DNA from: a virus | Lineage: Duplodnaviria > Caudoviricetes | Length of the DNA stretch: 43,258 nt | Virus record (IMG/VR): IMGVR_UViG_3300010354_000177 | Coordinates: 1-43,258 of that record | Direction: 5' to 3' (one strand) | In this document: in pieces, positions 8,726-16,680 of the stretch | Layout of the letters: each line of letters opens with the position of its first letter | Position numbering within the stretch: the first letter of the stretch is position 1 | Translations under genes and position numbers: made by a program | The notes under the pieces: model-generated | Seen by the model: only the letters and a program-made list of their open reading frames with translations | Database searches by the model: none | Told to the model about the DNA's origin: nothing

Positions 8726-11077
8726 TTAGTCTCCTCCTAGAGCTAAGATGAACGGTGTCAATGATGAAAAAAGACTCTTTGAATAAAATGTTCCACTAAT
8801 AGTTCCAGTCTGTTGATTTACAACAACACCATCACCAATTCTAAAATTACCAGATTGATCTGTCGAAGTAAAAACAACAAGACCACCATTTCTCATCTCA
8901 ACTTCTTGATCTTGAATGGCAACTCCACCTGATGAAGGAAGAGCTGTATCAATATTAGTTCCAGATCCAATATATTCAAGAGAATGTCCAGATGCTAATA
9001 ATCTACTTTGCTTGAAAAATGGAACCGCAGTTCCAACACCTACTGGAAATGGAACATTATCACTTAAAGTAATCGTGCAAATTCCTGATGAAATGGGAGT
9101 ACAAGAGTTAATAACATAATATGTTGGAGTTAAATTAACTATAGCAGTCGCTGTATTTATTCCAACATTAGGACCACTGACTGTAATTGATGGTGGATAA
9201 GTATATCCTCTACCACTTGAAACTAATTCAATTCCAACTATTGACCCATTTTTAACTTCTGCGACTGCAGAAGCAGGGACTCCCCAATCAGTATCCGGTG
9301 GGGAAATTGTAACATCAGCATTTGTGGTATATCCAGTTCCACCTGCAGAAACTGAAATACTACCAATGGTATAGTAAAGATTTCCAAAATAAACTACTTG
9401 ACCATCGAAAGGTCTAATTGCATCAATTTTTACAGTTCCTCCAGAATTATAAGTATGTGGTAAGGTGGAAGTTCCTACATATGCACTAAAAACAGTGCTT
9501 GCCATTGAAACGGTTGATGGTATAGAACTTGTATTTCCTGCATTTATTGGAGTTGTTATAATAGAAACTAAATTATCGATGAAAGATTTAACATCTGAAC
9601 AAGATGCCTGACTCGTATTCGATCCTGTTAATGGATCTGCAACAATACTAAGATCTTTTATTGTTAAATTATTAGTAATCGCAAGTTTCATTAAATCTCT
9701 GGCTTTATTAAATGCAGTAATTGATTCTTGAGTTTCTCCATCAATTCCATTTACTATCAAAAACCCAGAATTATCAAAATATGCTTTTGCTGCTCTAATA
9801 GTTTGTTCGTCAGTATAATCCCTAACATCTGAAGAAACCGCATCTACTACATATCCAATATCTCTTTTACATTTATTTGGGTTTGGATTTGTAAAAAATG
9901 GATGAGAAATTGCGATTTGATCATATGCTGTATCAATAATTTCTTGCCTATTTGCTTGTATTAAATTATATGAATCAATATATCTCCCTGGAGCAACTGT
10001 TTTGACTCTAAAAACATAACCATTATTTCCTGAAGGATATGTTAAAACTCCTGGGCCAGATGGGCAAGTGAATCCAAGACCAGCAATAGAAACACCCATT
10101 CCAACTGAAAATTTATGGGCAGAAGAAGTATATGCTGTTAATATTCCAGTTGTATTATCATAAGATGCTGAAGTAATATTCAAAGATGGAACATTTAAAT
10201 CAATCGTAAAAGTATCACTATTTGCGGGTTCTGCACTTGTAATAATTCCAGTGTATCTTTTTGGTCCTACTCCATCGGCAACCAACGCATAATTTCCGAA
10301 AGAAGAGTTTGAGTTTGTAAGATCGCAGGCACCACCACTTCCACAAAAAACTGCAACATCATTACAAATAGTGAATAAAGAAACTAACTGAGCATATCCT
10401 TCATTGGTGATTGAGACTCCAATACCACCTTGATTGTATTGGGTAAAAGAGTCAATCACTATGCTTTTAAGTTTTCCAATAGCATATTGACCGTCTATTT
10501 TTAGACCAGTGCTATTATGAATAAAATTAGTACAGTTGCGTATATAGGGAGATTGGTCAAAATATCTAATCTTATTCGGATTAAATGCACAAATTGCAGC
10601 ACCAGAAGACATAGTCCCAGTAAAGGACATATCTGTAATATAATTACCAGGAGCAAGATGAAATAAGTCTTGATTGGAATTTAAGGGAGTAACTGCAACT
10701 TCCCTTAAACTGTCACCGACTACACTGACCTGAGGAGGCAACTCAATAGGATTATTTTCTACATAAGATCCAGCAGAAACTTTAATAACTGTTCCTTCTG
10801 TTGCTGCTGAGACTGCTCCTTTAATGGTTGCCTTTGCGTCTCCAAGTTTTTTTCCTGTGTTTGTATCGCTTCCGTCTTTTGTAACATAAAGAATATTAGT
10901 AACTGTTGCTCCAGCACCGACTCTTACAACATCAGTGCCTATTCCCGAACGATCTCTCCTTACGAATAATTCTGCATCGTAAGTATTTAAAGCCAGTTCC
11001 CCCGATGGAAGTTGCTCTACTGAAGGGCGTTTTCCGGGAACTGAAGATCGTTTAATCCTAATTATAGGTGCTGCCAT
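8726..11077 (-). CDS. Fibre/tailspike-like virion protein (783 aa): Mtd_N-like N-terminus, beta-helix (pectin-lyase-fold-like) region, inserted phycobiliprotein-like helical domain
   Basis: N-term IRIKRSSVPGKRP...GELALNTYD; LYVTKDGSDTNTG...KATIKGAV...GSYVENNPI...GDSLREV beta-helix entry motif; KCKRDIGY segment. Confidence 0.8.
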   Translation of the reverse strand: MAAPIIRIKRSSVPGKRPSVEQLPSGELALNTYDAELFVRRDRSGIGTDVVRVGAGATVTNILYVTKDGSDTNTGKKLGDAKATIKGAVSAATEGTVIKVSAGSYVENNPIELPPQVSVVGDSLREVAVTPLNSNQDLFHLAPGNYITDMSFTGTMSSGAAICAFNPNKIRYFDQSPYIRNCTNFIHNSTGLKIDGQYAIGKLKSIVIDSFTQYNQGGIGVSITNEGYAQLVSLFTICNDVAVFCGSGGACDLTNSNSSFGNYALVADGVGPKRYTGIITSAEPANSDTFTIDLNVPSLNITSASYDNTTGILTAYTSSAHKFSVGMGVSIAGLGFTCPSGPGVLTYPSGNNGYVFRVKTVAPGRYIDSYNLIQANRQEIIDTAYDQIAISHPFFTNPNPNKCKRDIGYVVDAVSSDVRDYTDEQTIRAAKAYFDNSGFLIVNGIDGETQESITAFNKARDLMKLAITNNLTIKDLSIVADPLTGSNTSQASCSDVKSFIDNLVSIITTPINAGNTSSIPSTVSMASTVFSAYVGTSTLPHTYNSGGTVKIDAIRPFDGQVVYFGNLYYTIGSISVSAGGTGYTTNADVTISPPDTDWGVPASAVAEVKNGSIVGIELVSSGRGYTYPPSITVSGPNVGINTATAIVNLTPTYYVINSCTPISSGICTITLSDNVPFPVGVGTAVPFFKQSRLLASGHSLEYIGSGTNIDTALPSSGGVAIQDQEVEMRNGGLVVFTSTDQSGNFRIGDGVVVNQQTGTISGTFYSKSLFSSLTPFILALGGD

Positions 11078-11133
11078 TCACTGACCCCATAAATGGTATT
11101 TACCACAAAACCTCTTATATAAAAGGTTTTTAT

Positions 11134-11141
11134 TATTTATG
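11134..11141 (-). promoter_or_regulatory. T4-type late promoter (CATAAATA)
   Basis: Intergenic, 57 nt upstream of ATG 11077; matches nATAAATA. Confidence 0.7.
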
Positions 11142-11165
11142 TATTGTTTTAATACAGAGTAATAA

Positions 11166-11357
11166 TCAAACAAAATCTCCTGAATCTTGTTTAATAGGTT
11201 TTTTACTTTTCTTTAATTTTTCATTCTCTATAGAAAGATTTTCAATAGACTTTCTTAAACTATTAATTTGAGTTTCTAGAACTATATTTTGGTTGAATAG
11301 TTCAAATGCCTTTTGCTGATATGAAGCAATTACTGCTTTATAATCTTCTTCGTTCAT
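11166..11357 (-). CDS. Small coiled-coil protein (63 aa)
   Basis: Heptad-rich LFNQNIVLETQINSLRKSIENLSIENEKLKK; fills the gap between fibre genes and has its own late-promoter motif. Confidence 0.75.
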   Translation of the reverse strand: MNEEDYKAVIASYQQKAFELFNQNIVLETQINSLRKSIENLSIENEKLKKSKKPIKQDSGDFV

Positions 11358-11381
11358 AAAAAAAGGGGGTAGATACCCCCT
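11358..11381 (-). terminator. Intrinsic terminator-like hairpin plus U-tract
   Basis: Minus strand GGGGGT-ATCT-ACCCCC-TTTTTTT, about 33 nt downstream of the 522-aa gene stop. Confidence 0.7.
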
Positions 11382-11388
11382 ATTTAGA
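11381..11388 (-). promoter_or_regulatory. T4-type late promoter variant (TCTAAATA)
   Basis: Intergenic TAAATA core directly abutting the hairpin, 24 nt upstream of ATG 11357. Confidence 0.6.
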
Positions 11389-11413
11389 AATATACTGATG
11401 ATATAAATGAATA

Positions 11414-12982
11414 TCAGGCGAAGCTTCCACCATCAACTACAATGTTCATTAAGTGCAATTCTGTACCATCACACCCAATAATTTCTTTGGCACCACTTGA
11501 ACACGCATTATTAATCCAAAGACCTCCAACTTCAATAGAAGCAAATGCGGAGATTATAATATCCGGAGTTGTTGTATTGATGCCGGATGAAGGATTGTCC
11601 GCATTAGAAGCAAATTGGAATCTATTGGATTCATGCTCCCAAATGACACCAGCAGTCTTAGCGACTCCTGCGTGTCCATAATTCATTAGAACTCCCAAAT
11701 CCCAGGTTGTGTTTGTGGGAGATGTTCCAGTTTGGATTCCAAGAGTGATAGTTCTATCATAAACAGTCAACTCAGTAGTATTAATTTGAGTTGTTGTTCC
11801 ATTAACAGTTAAGTCTCCAGAGACAGTTAATCCTCCAGAAACCGTTGCAGTAGATCCATTATCACTAATAATGGAATTGACTAATTGCTCATTAGTATCA
11901 TCCCACTTTTGGAGTCTATTGTCTGTTAAAGAACCTGCATTTCTGAAAGCAACATTATCTGATGCAATAGTGATACCTGCACCTACATTAACCGAGATTG
12001 TTGGAGTAGATCCTTCTCCTGAGGCATCTCCAGTTAAACCACCACCTGCGGTGAACGATGCAACATAATCTCCTGAGGTATATGTTCCAAGTTGAATTGA
12101 ATTTGCAGATATTGTTGCTGCTAATGAAACATTACCAGTTCCGTCAAAGGAGACTGCACTGGCAGTTACAAAAGATCCAGTAATGTCAAAATTTCTAGCA
12201 GTAGCAAGAGAAGTTGCAGTTCCAGCATTTCCTAAAAGATCTGCATCAATTGCATTAGTAAAGGTTGCATCGGTAAAGGTTGCAAATCCAGTTACATTTA
12301 GGTTATCAAGTTCAGTGTGTCCAGTAACATTTAAACCACCCTTAGCGTCAATAAGACCAGTAAAAGTTCCAATGCCTGATACATTTAAAGAATCAAAATC
12401 ATTTGGGTCAAGTTTTAAGATACTTTCTAAAGTTGTTTTAGTTGTAGAATCAACAGTTTGAATTCCGGAAAGAGTAACTAGACCACCTTCTGTTGAAAGA
12501 ACCTTGGTGGCATCAACATAGAAAGAAGATGAAGTTACAATTCCACTAAAGTCAGCATTAGTTCCACTAATGTATGTGATTGTAGTAATTCCAGTCAAAT
12601 TAGCATCATCAAATGTTGCGTTCGAAGAAACTGAAGCCCAAGAAAGAACACCATTAGCATCAGCAGTTAAGAAGTGTCCTACTGCTATAGGGGCAACTGA
12701 AGGGAGGGTATAAGTTGTAACACCAGAATGACCTACCGGTGCATTTAAATTAATACTTCCGCTACCGGATGGATTGTATAGTTTTAAAACAGCAGAAGTA
12801 TTGTTCGAATTACTCTCTCTTTGCCAATATCTAGAACTGCCAAAAAACTTATTACCCTGAGATGTGCTATTAATACCAATATATAAATCACTAGTATCTG
12901 TAGTAAATCCTGGCTCACCTGCTTTTAGACCAGGTAGATTTACGAAAAGACCTCTTTTAAATTGAATTGTTGGTGCTGGCAT
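11414..12982 (-). CDS. Tail fibre-like protein (522 aa), Mtd_N-like N-terminus
   Basis: IQFKRG...LKAGEPGFTTDTSDLYIG N-term; GNAGTATSLATARNF...FDGTGNVSL and GDLTVNGTTTQINTTELTVYD fibre-shaft motifs; AGGGG SD. Confidence 0.85.
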   Translation of the reverse strand: MPAPTIQFKRGLFVNLPGLKAGEPGFTTDTSDLYIGINSTSQGNKFFGSSRYWQRESNSNNTSAVLKLYNPSGSGSINLNAPVGHSGVTTYTLPSVAPIAVGHFLTADANGVLSWASVSSNATFDDANLTGITTITYISGTNADFSGIVTSSSFYVDATKVLSTEGGLVTLSGIQTVDSTTKTTLESILKLDPNDFDSLNVSGIGTFTGLIDAKGGLNVTGHTELDNLNVTGFATFTDATFTNAIDADLLGNAGTATSLATARNFDITGSFVTASAVSFDGTGNVSLAATISANSIQLGTYTSGDYVASFTAGGGLTGDASGEGSTPTISVNVGAGITIASDNVAFRNAGSLTDNRLQKWDDTNEQLVNSIISDNGSTATVSGGLTVSGDLTVNGTTTQINTTELTVYDRTITLGIQTGTSPTNTTWDLGVLMNYGHAGVAKTAGVIWEHESNRFQFASNADNPSSGINTTTPDIIISAFASIEVGGLWINNACSSGAKEIIGCDGTELHLMNIVVDGGSFA

Positions 12983-13053
12983 TTTTACCCCTATGTAAAG
13001 ATATAAACTCGATAATCAAGTCAAATCCAAACCAGCATAATGAACCAACATTA

Positions 13054-13085
13054 TATTTATTTAAACCCGCATATACTTATTTATA
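13054..13085 (-). promoter_or_regulatory. Tandem T4-type late promoters (TATAAATA 13078-13085; AATAAATA 13054-13061)
   Basis: A perfect T4 late consensus and a second near-consensus copy in the 109-nt intergenic gap. Confidence 0.8.
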
Positions 13086-13091
13086 AAAAAA

Positions 13092-13442
13092 TTAAAACGT
13101 CCCGGCATCTATATCAATTCGATTGTCAAGATCAGTATCCACTCTATCTAAAAATGCAGTTGCAAATCCAACCAACCCAGGTTGTAATGTTTCTGTAGAA
13201 GCAGCTGCATTTAAAACCTCATCAGGATTGACCATTTCATATTTTCCAGTTGCACCATTATACATTATAACGTATTTGTCATTTACGTTTGTGTTATCAA
13301 AATCTGTTAGATCCTGAAATCTTGCAGGCACTTGCACACCTCCAGTAGCAGCAACAATTTTAAATTTTGGTTTTGAACTGAGTTTTATATTAAATTCTGG
13401 GGAAGAATTCAATATAACACGTTTTATATTAAATTCTGCCAT
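13092..13442 (-). CDS. Virion structural/fibre adaptor-like protein (116 aa)
   Basis: ORF overlaps the upstream stop (TGATG); FQDLTDFD...YVIMYNGATGKY motif; C-terminal IDAGTF. Confidence 0.75.
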   Translation of the reverse strand: MAEFNIKRVILNSSPEFNIKLSSKPKFKIVAATGGVQVPARFQDLTDFDNTNVNDKYVIMYNGATGKYEMVNPDEVLNAAASTETLQPGLVGFATAFLDRVDTDLDNRIDIDAGTF

Positions 13443-13783
13443 CAGGAACTACTCTCCGAAACGATAATTGTTCCTTCTACTACTTTTGTAGTCACGTTAT
13501 TAGAAATACTTGGACTAATAATAACAATATCAAAGTAATTTCTACCTGGACTTAATAAGCGAGTAGTAGTTTTCCCCATAGAGATATTTACTTCACCAGT
13601 TGCAGTTGTAATACCAACCACAAAAGAATGATATGTGGGTGAGGAAGGATATTTTCTTATTTTAGAAACCCCAGTGTAATAAGAGAGAGTTAAAGGAGAT
13701 GAATCCGCTTCTAAAATTTTAAAAGTTGCCTCAAAATCAGTCCCTCTTTCAATGGTTAAACTGTTAATTTCAGCAACTGCCAT
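13442..13783 (-). CDS. Virion structural protein (113 aa, Ig-like/baseplate-adaptor-like)
   Basis: LTIERGTDF...SKIRKYPSS...GRNYFDIVI...KVVEGTIIV pattern recurrent in cyanomyovirus structural regions. Confidence 0.75.
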   Translation of the reverse strand: MAVAEINSLTIERGTDFEATFKILEADSSPLTLSYYTGVSKIRKYPSSPTYHSFVVGITTATGEVNISMGKTTTRLLSPGRNYFDIVIISPSISNNVTTKVVEGTIIVSESSS

Positions 13784-13802
13784 TGGAATAAAATATTTTT
13801 AA

Positions 13803-14249
13803 CTATTTATCTTCTGAATTTTCTTTCCTTTGGGATTTTAAAAGTTTCGATAGTTCTGCTGTGGAACCTACGAAAAGGGCATTAGTGACATTAGTAGGTC
13901 CAGACTGTTTAACCTCTTCAATATCTTTTAAATTTTTATGAAGGTTAATTAATTTGTCTGTAGCATCAGATACACTTTTAATTAACTGCCCAGCAACTTC
14001 ATATGCTCTTGCGGACTCTGTTTCTTGAGCAACTTCCAGTATTCCATTAATCAATTCTTGCCCCTTTTCTACCAAAGAATATATTGTTCCTCTTGTATAT
14101 TCGTAATCATTTTTAAGGTCAATATTTCTTTGGTCGGAATTACCCTCAATTATTTTAGGCATAATTGAGGGTTCTTCATCAGAATTTTTATGAATTATTT
14201 CTCCAGATACATTAAAAATATCATCTAATTTATTATAATCTTTATCCAT
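13803..14249 (-). CDS. gp16: Terminase small subunit
   Basis: DYEYTRG.IYSLVEKGQE...ESARAYEVAGQLIK...NALFVGSTAEL motifs; follows gp15. ATG 14249 preferred over the track's TTG at 14258. Confidence 0.93.
   Translation of the reverse strand: MDKDYNKLDDIFNVSGEIIHKNSDEEPSIMPKIIEGNSDQRNIDLKNDYEYTRGTIYSLVEKGQELINGILEVAQETESARAYEVAGQLIKSVSDATDKLINLHKNLKDIEEVKQSGPTNVTNALFVGSTAELSKLLKSQRKENSEDK
13804..13811 (-). promoter_or_regulatory. T4-type late promoter (GATAAATA) overlapping the gp16 stop codon
   Basis: GAAGATAAATAG, 21 nt upstream of ATG 13783. Confidence 0.65.
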
Positions 14250-14254
14250 AAAAA

Positions 14255-15256
14255 TCAAAATGAAGACCCACTAAATCCAAAATCATCTCCAAATTCTATG
14301 AGTGAATTATCAGCCTCTGTAATTAATTTAATTGCTGTTCCGGAAACATGATCTAATATTGGCGTCTCATAAGAACCTCTTACTACAGTTAAAACATTTC
14401 CATCTTTCTTAGTTACCTGCATTGTTTCATCATTTAAAACAATGTAAGATTTTACGGGAATAGAAGATGAATTTGCTACAGTTACTAAAGTATCTGCCGG
14501 ACCAATATTTTGGGACAGTGTAGTAATCGAACTATCACTGTAACTAGTCGTAGCAACTGGTTCAACTGAATATGTAAGATCTCTTGTAGTTGAGCGAGAA
14601 TCTCCAGAAACAAGTCCAATAGTGACCTTTTTGATAATATCTTTGGATACTCCGGAAACAATAGGACCAAACAGGTAAGTTTTTGCAGTAAATCTAAGAG
14701 TGTAGATCAATGCTCTTCTAGTATTAAAATCACCTTCGTAGGTATCATCCATACTAATATTTTCTAAAACGATCGGAATATCTCTTTTTTCTCCAATTGT
14801 TTTAACCAAATCTACAGTTAGATTATATGATGGTTGAAAATATGGTAAAATTTGCTCAATGATTTGAAGCATATCATCATTTAATTTACACATTATGCTT
14901 AGTTCAAAATCCATATTATATGGAACTGGCATATATGCTTTTTTAATATCAGTTTTGTCTTCAGTGGAAGAAGTTAAAAATGTTTGAGTTGTTGTTAATT
15001 TTCTACCAGCATCATAAGAAAGACCAACAAATTCAAATGACATTCTAGGAAGAGACATCTGAACAGGTGCATTCAGATTAGGTTGCTGCTCTAATCTTGC
15101 TAGAAATTTTTGTGTGGGACCATACGCTAGAGGAACTTTAATTACTGAAGTTACATTCCCAGCATCATTAAAATGCTTAATTGATATGTTATTAAATAAT
15201 GTTCCGAATGAAACTATAGTTCTTCGAAATATTTCGTGATAGTAATATTCAAACAT
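14255..15256 (-). CDS. gp15: Tail sheath stabiliser/tail completion protein
   Basis: YYHEIFRRTIVSFGTLFN...KVPLAYGP.QKFLARL...LPRMSFE...LQIIEQILPYFQP; synteny with gp13/gp14. Confidence 0.95.
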   Translation of the reverse strand: MFEYYYHEIFRRTIVSFGTLFNNISIKHFNDAGNVTSVIKVPLAYGPTQKFLARLEQQPNLNAPVQMSLPRMSFEFVGLSYDAGRKLTTTQTFLTSSTEDKTDIKKAYMPVPYNMDFELSIMCKLNDDMLQIIEQILPYFQPSYNLTVDLVKTIGEKRDIPIVLENISMDDTYEGDFNTRRALIYTLRFTAKTYLFGPIVSGVSKDIIKKVTIGLVSGDSRSTTRDLTYSVEPVATTSYSDSSITTLSQNIGPADTLVTVANSSSIPVKSYIVLNDETMQVTKKDGNVLTVVRGSYETPILDHVSGTAIKLITEADNSLIEFGDDFGFSGSSF

Positions 15257-15269
15257 CGTAACCTCTTAA

Positions 15270-16676
15270 TTATGGAGTTCCAAAAGGATTTTTTTCACTA
15301 AAATCTAAAATTTCGTCCGCTTCTTCTTCAATAATATCGTTTTGGGCAAATTTACCCCTTGGATTCAATTTGTCTAAAGGATCTGCTAGATTGTTAGTAT
15401 TTATACTTCCAATAGCATAAACTGCTCCAGATTGAGATCCGACTATATTTTCCCCAGGTTTAAAGTTTCCAGTAATGTTTGAAACTTCAAGTATTTTGGA
15501 ATTAGCATTCCAAGACTTAACTCTTGCCTTAACATTACTAATACTTCCGGTTAATTTTTCATTATAAATGTAGGTTCCAAATCCTATCATAATATTTGGT
15601 GGACCTATTTGAACATTTGTTGAAGTATATCCCAATCCCGAATTTGTAATTCTTATAGAAGTTACGGATCCTGATCCAGAAAGAATTGCTGTAGCTGCTG
15701 CCCCAACACTGGAAATTCCTGTGAATGAAATTAAAGGTGGAGAACTATATCCAGATCCAGTATTTGTGACTGTAATAACTCCCACTATTCCGTTTCCAAT
15801 AACTGCCTCTGCCTTAGCACCAGAACCTCCTCCTCCGACAAAAGTTATTTTTGGGGGAACTGTATATCCCGATCCTGCATTTGTAAGTTGAATTGCTTGA
15901 ACTCTTAGGAGATTTGGATCTGATTCACATAAATCGACTATTCCACTGATCATAACTGGAACACCAGTAGCAGTTATTCCTCCGGGAGGAGCTGAAGAAA
16001 ATACAACTGTAGGTGGATCGGTGTATCCAGATCCTCTATTAGTTACAGTGACATATCTAACACCACCATTTACAATAGATGCTGTAGCAGTTGCTGTAGT
16101 TCCGATACCGATCATTTGAATAGTTTGGATATATCCTTCATTTTCAATGTTATCATCAATGAAGTCTATATTGGTATCAATAACCTCATCTTCATATCTA
16201 AAGAGTTCGCAAGTTAATTCATAAACATAGTTTTTTTGAAGTTGATAGAAAGGTTTTTCGTGTTCAACGTATTTTATTTCAAATAAACGATCACCTAAGG
16301 GGAAGTAAATTAAATCACCCTCTTTAGGACGGGTTGCAAGTTTAACATCAGGCAATTTTTCCATCAAAGGTGTAATATAATTACTGAACCTTTCTTGAGA
16401 AATTATTATTTTTAAATCATCTAATTCTTGAATACCAAACTTAGACAAAATAGTTCCTTGACCACCGTATCCGTCATATGAATCTACATATGCTTCAATA
16501 GGATAAGCAAAATTAAATTCAGACTCTATAACTTCCTTTATGACCGTTCTTTCTGTTACATATTGTCTAGATAAATAATATACATCAATACCATACATTC
16601 TAATAGATTCATTAATCAGGTCTTGCACCAATCCCTGTTCTGATTTAGAACCGTTTAAGAAGAATGGATTTAACAT
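15270..16676 (-). CDS. gp14: Neck protein (with internal repeat insertion)
   Basis: EQGLVQDLINESIRMYGIDVYY...RPKEGDLIYFPL...FEIKYVE...FYQL; C-term LDFSEKNPFG. Confidence 0.95.
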   Translation of the reverse strand: MLNPFFLNGSKSEQGLVQDLINESIRMYGIDVYYLSRQYVTERTVIKEVIESEFNFAYPIEAYVDSYDGYGGQGTILSKFGIQELDDLKIIISQERFSNYITPLMEKLPDVKLATRPKEGDLIYFPLGDRLFEIKYVEHEKPFYQLQKNYVYELTCELFRYEDEVIDTNIDFIDDNIENEGYIQTIQMIGIGTTATATASIVNGGVRYVTVTNRGSGYTDPPTVVFSSAPPGGITATGVPVMISGIVDLCESDPNLLRVQAIQLTNAGSGYTVPPKITFVGGGGSGAKAEAVIGNGIVGVITVTNTGSGYSSPPLISFTGISSVGAAATAILSGSGSVTSIRITNSGLGYTSTNVQIGPPNIMIGFGTYIYNEKLTGSISNVKARVKSWNANSKILEVSNITGNFKPGENIVGSQSGAVYAIGSINTNNLADPLDKLNPRGKFAQNDIIEEEADEILDFSEKNPFGTP

Positions 16677-16680
16677 TGGA

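Noticed and set aside
8726-12982. Diversity-generating retroelement suggested by Mtd_N-like N-termini
   Set aside because: Mtd_N is only an anchor domain. No reverse transcriptase, C-type-lectin variable region or adenine-specific TR/VR repeat pair was seen in the window.
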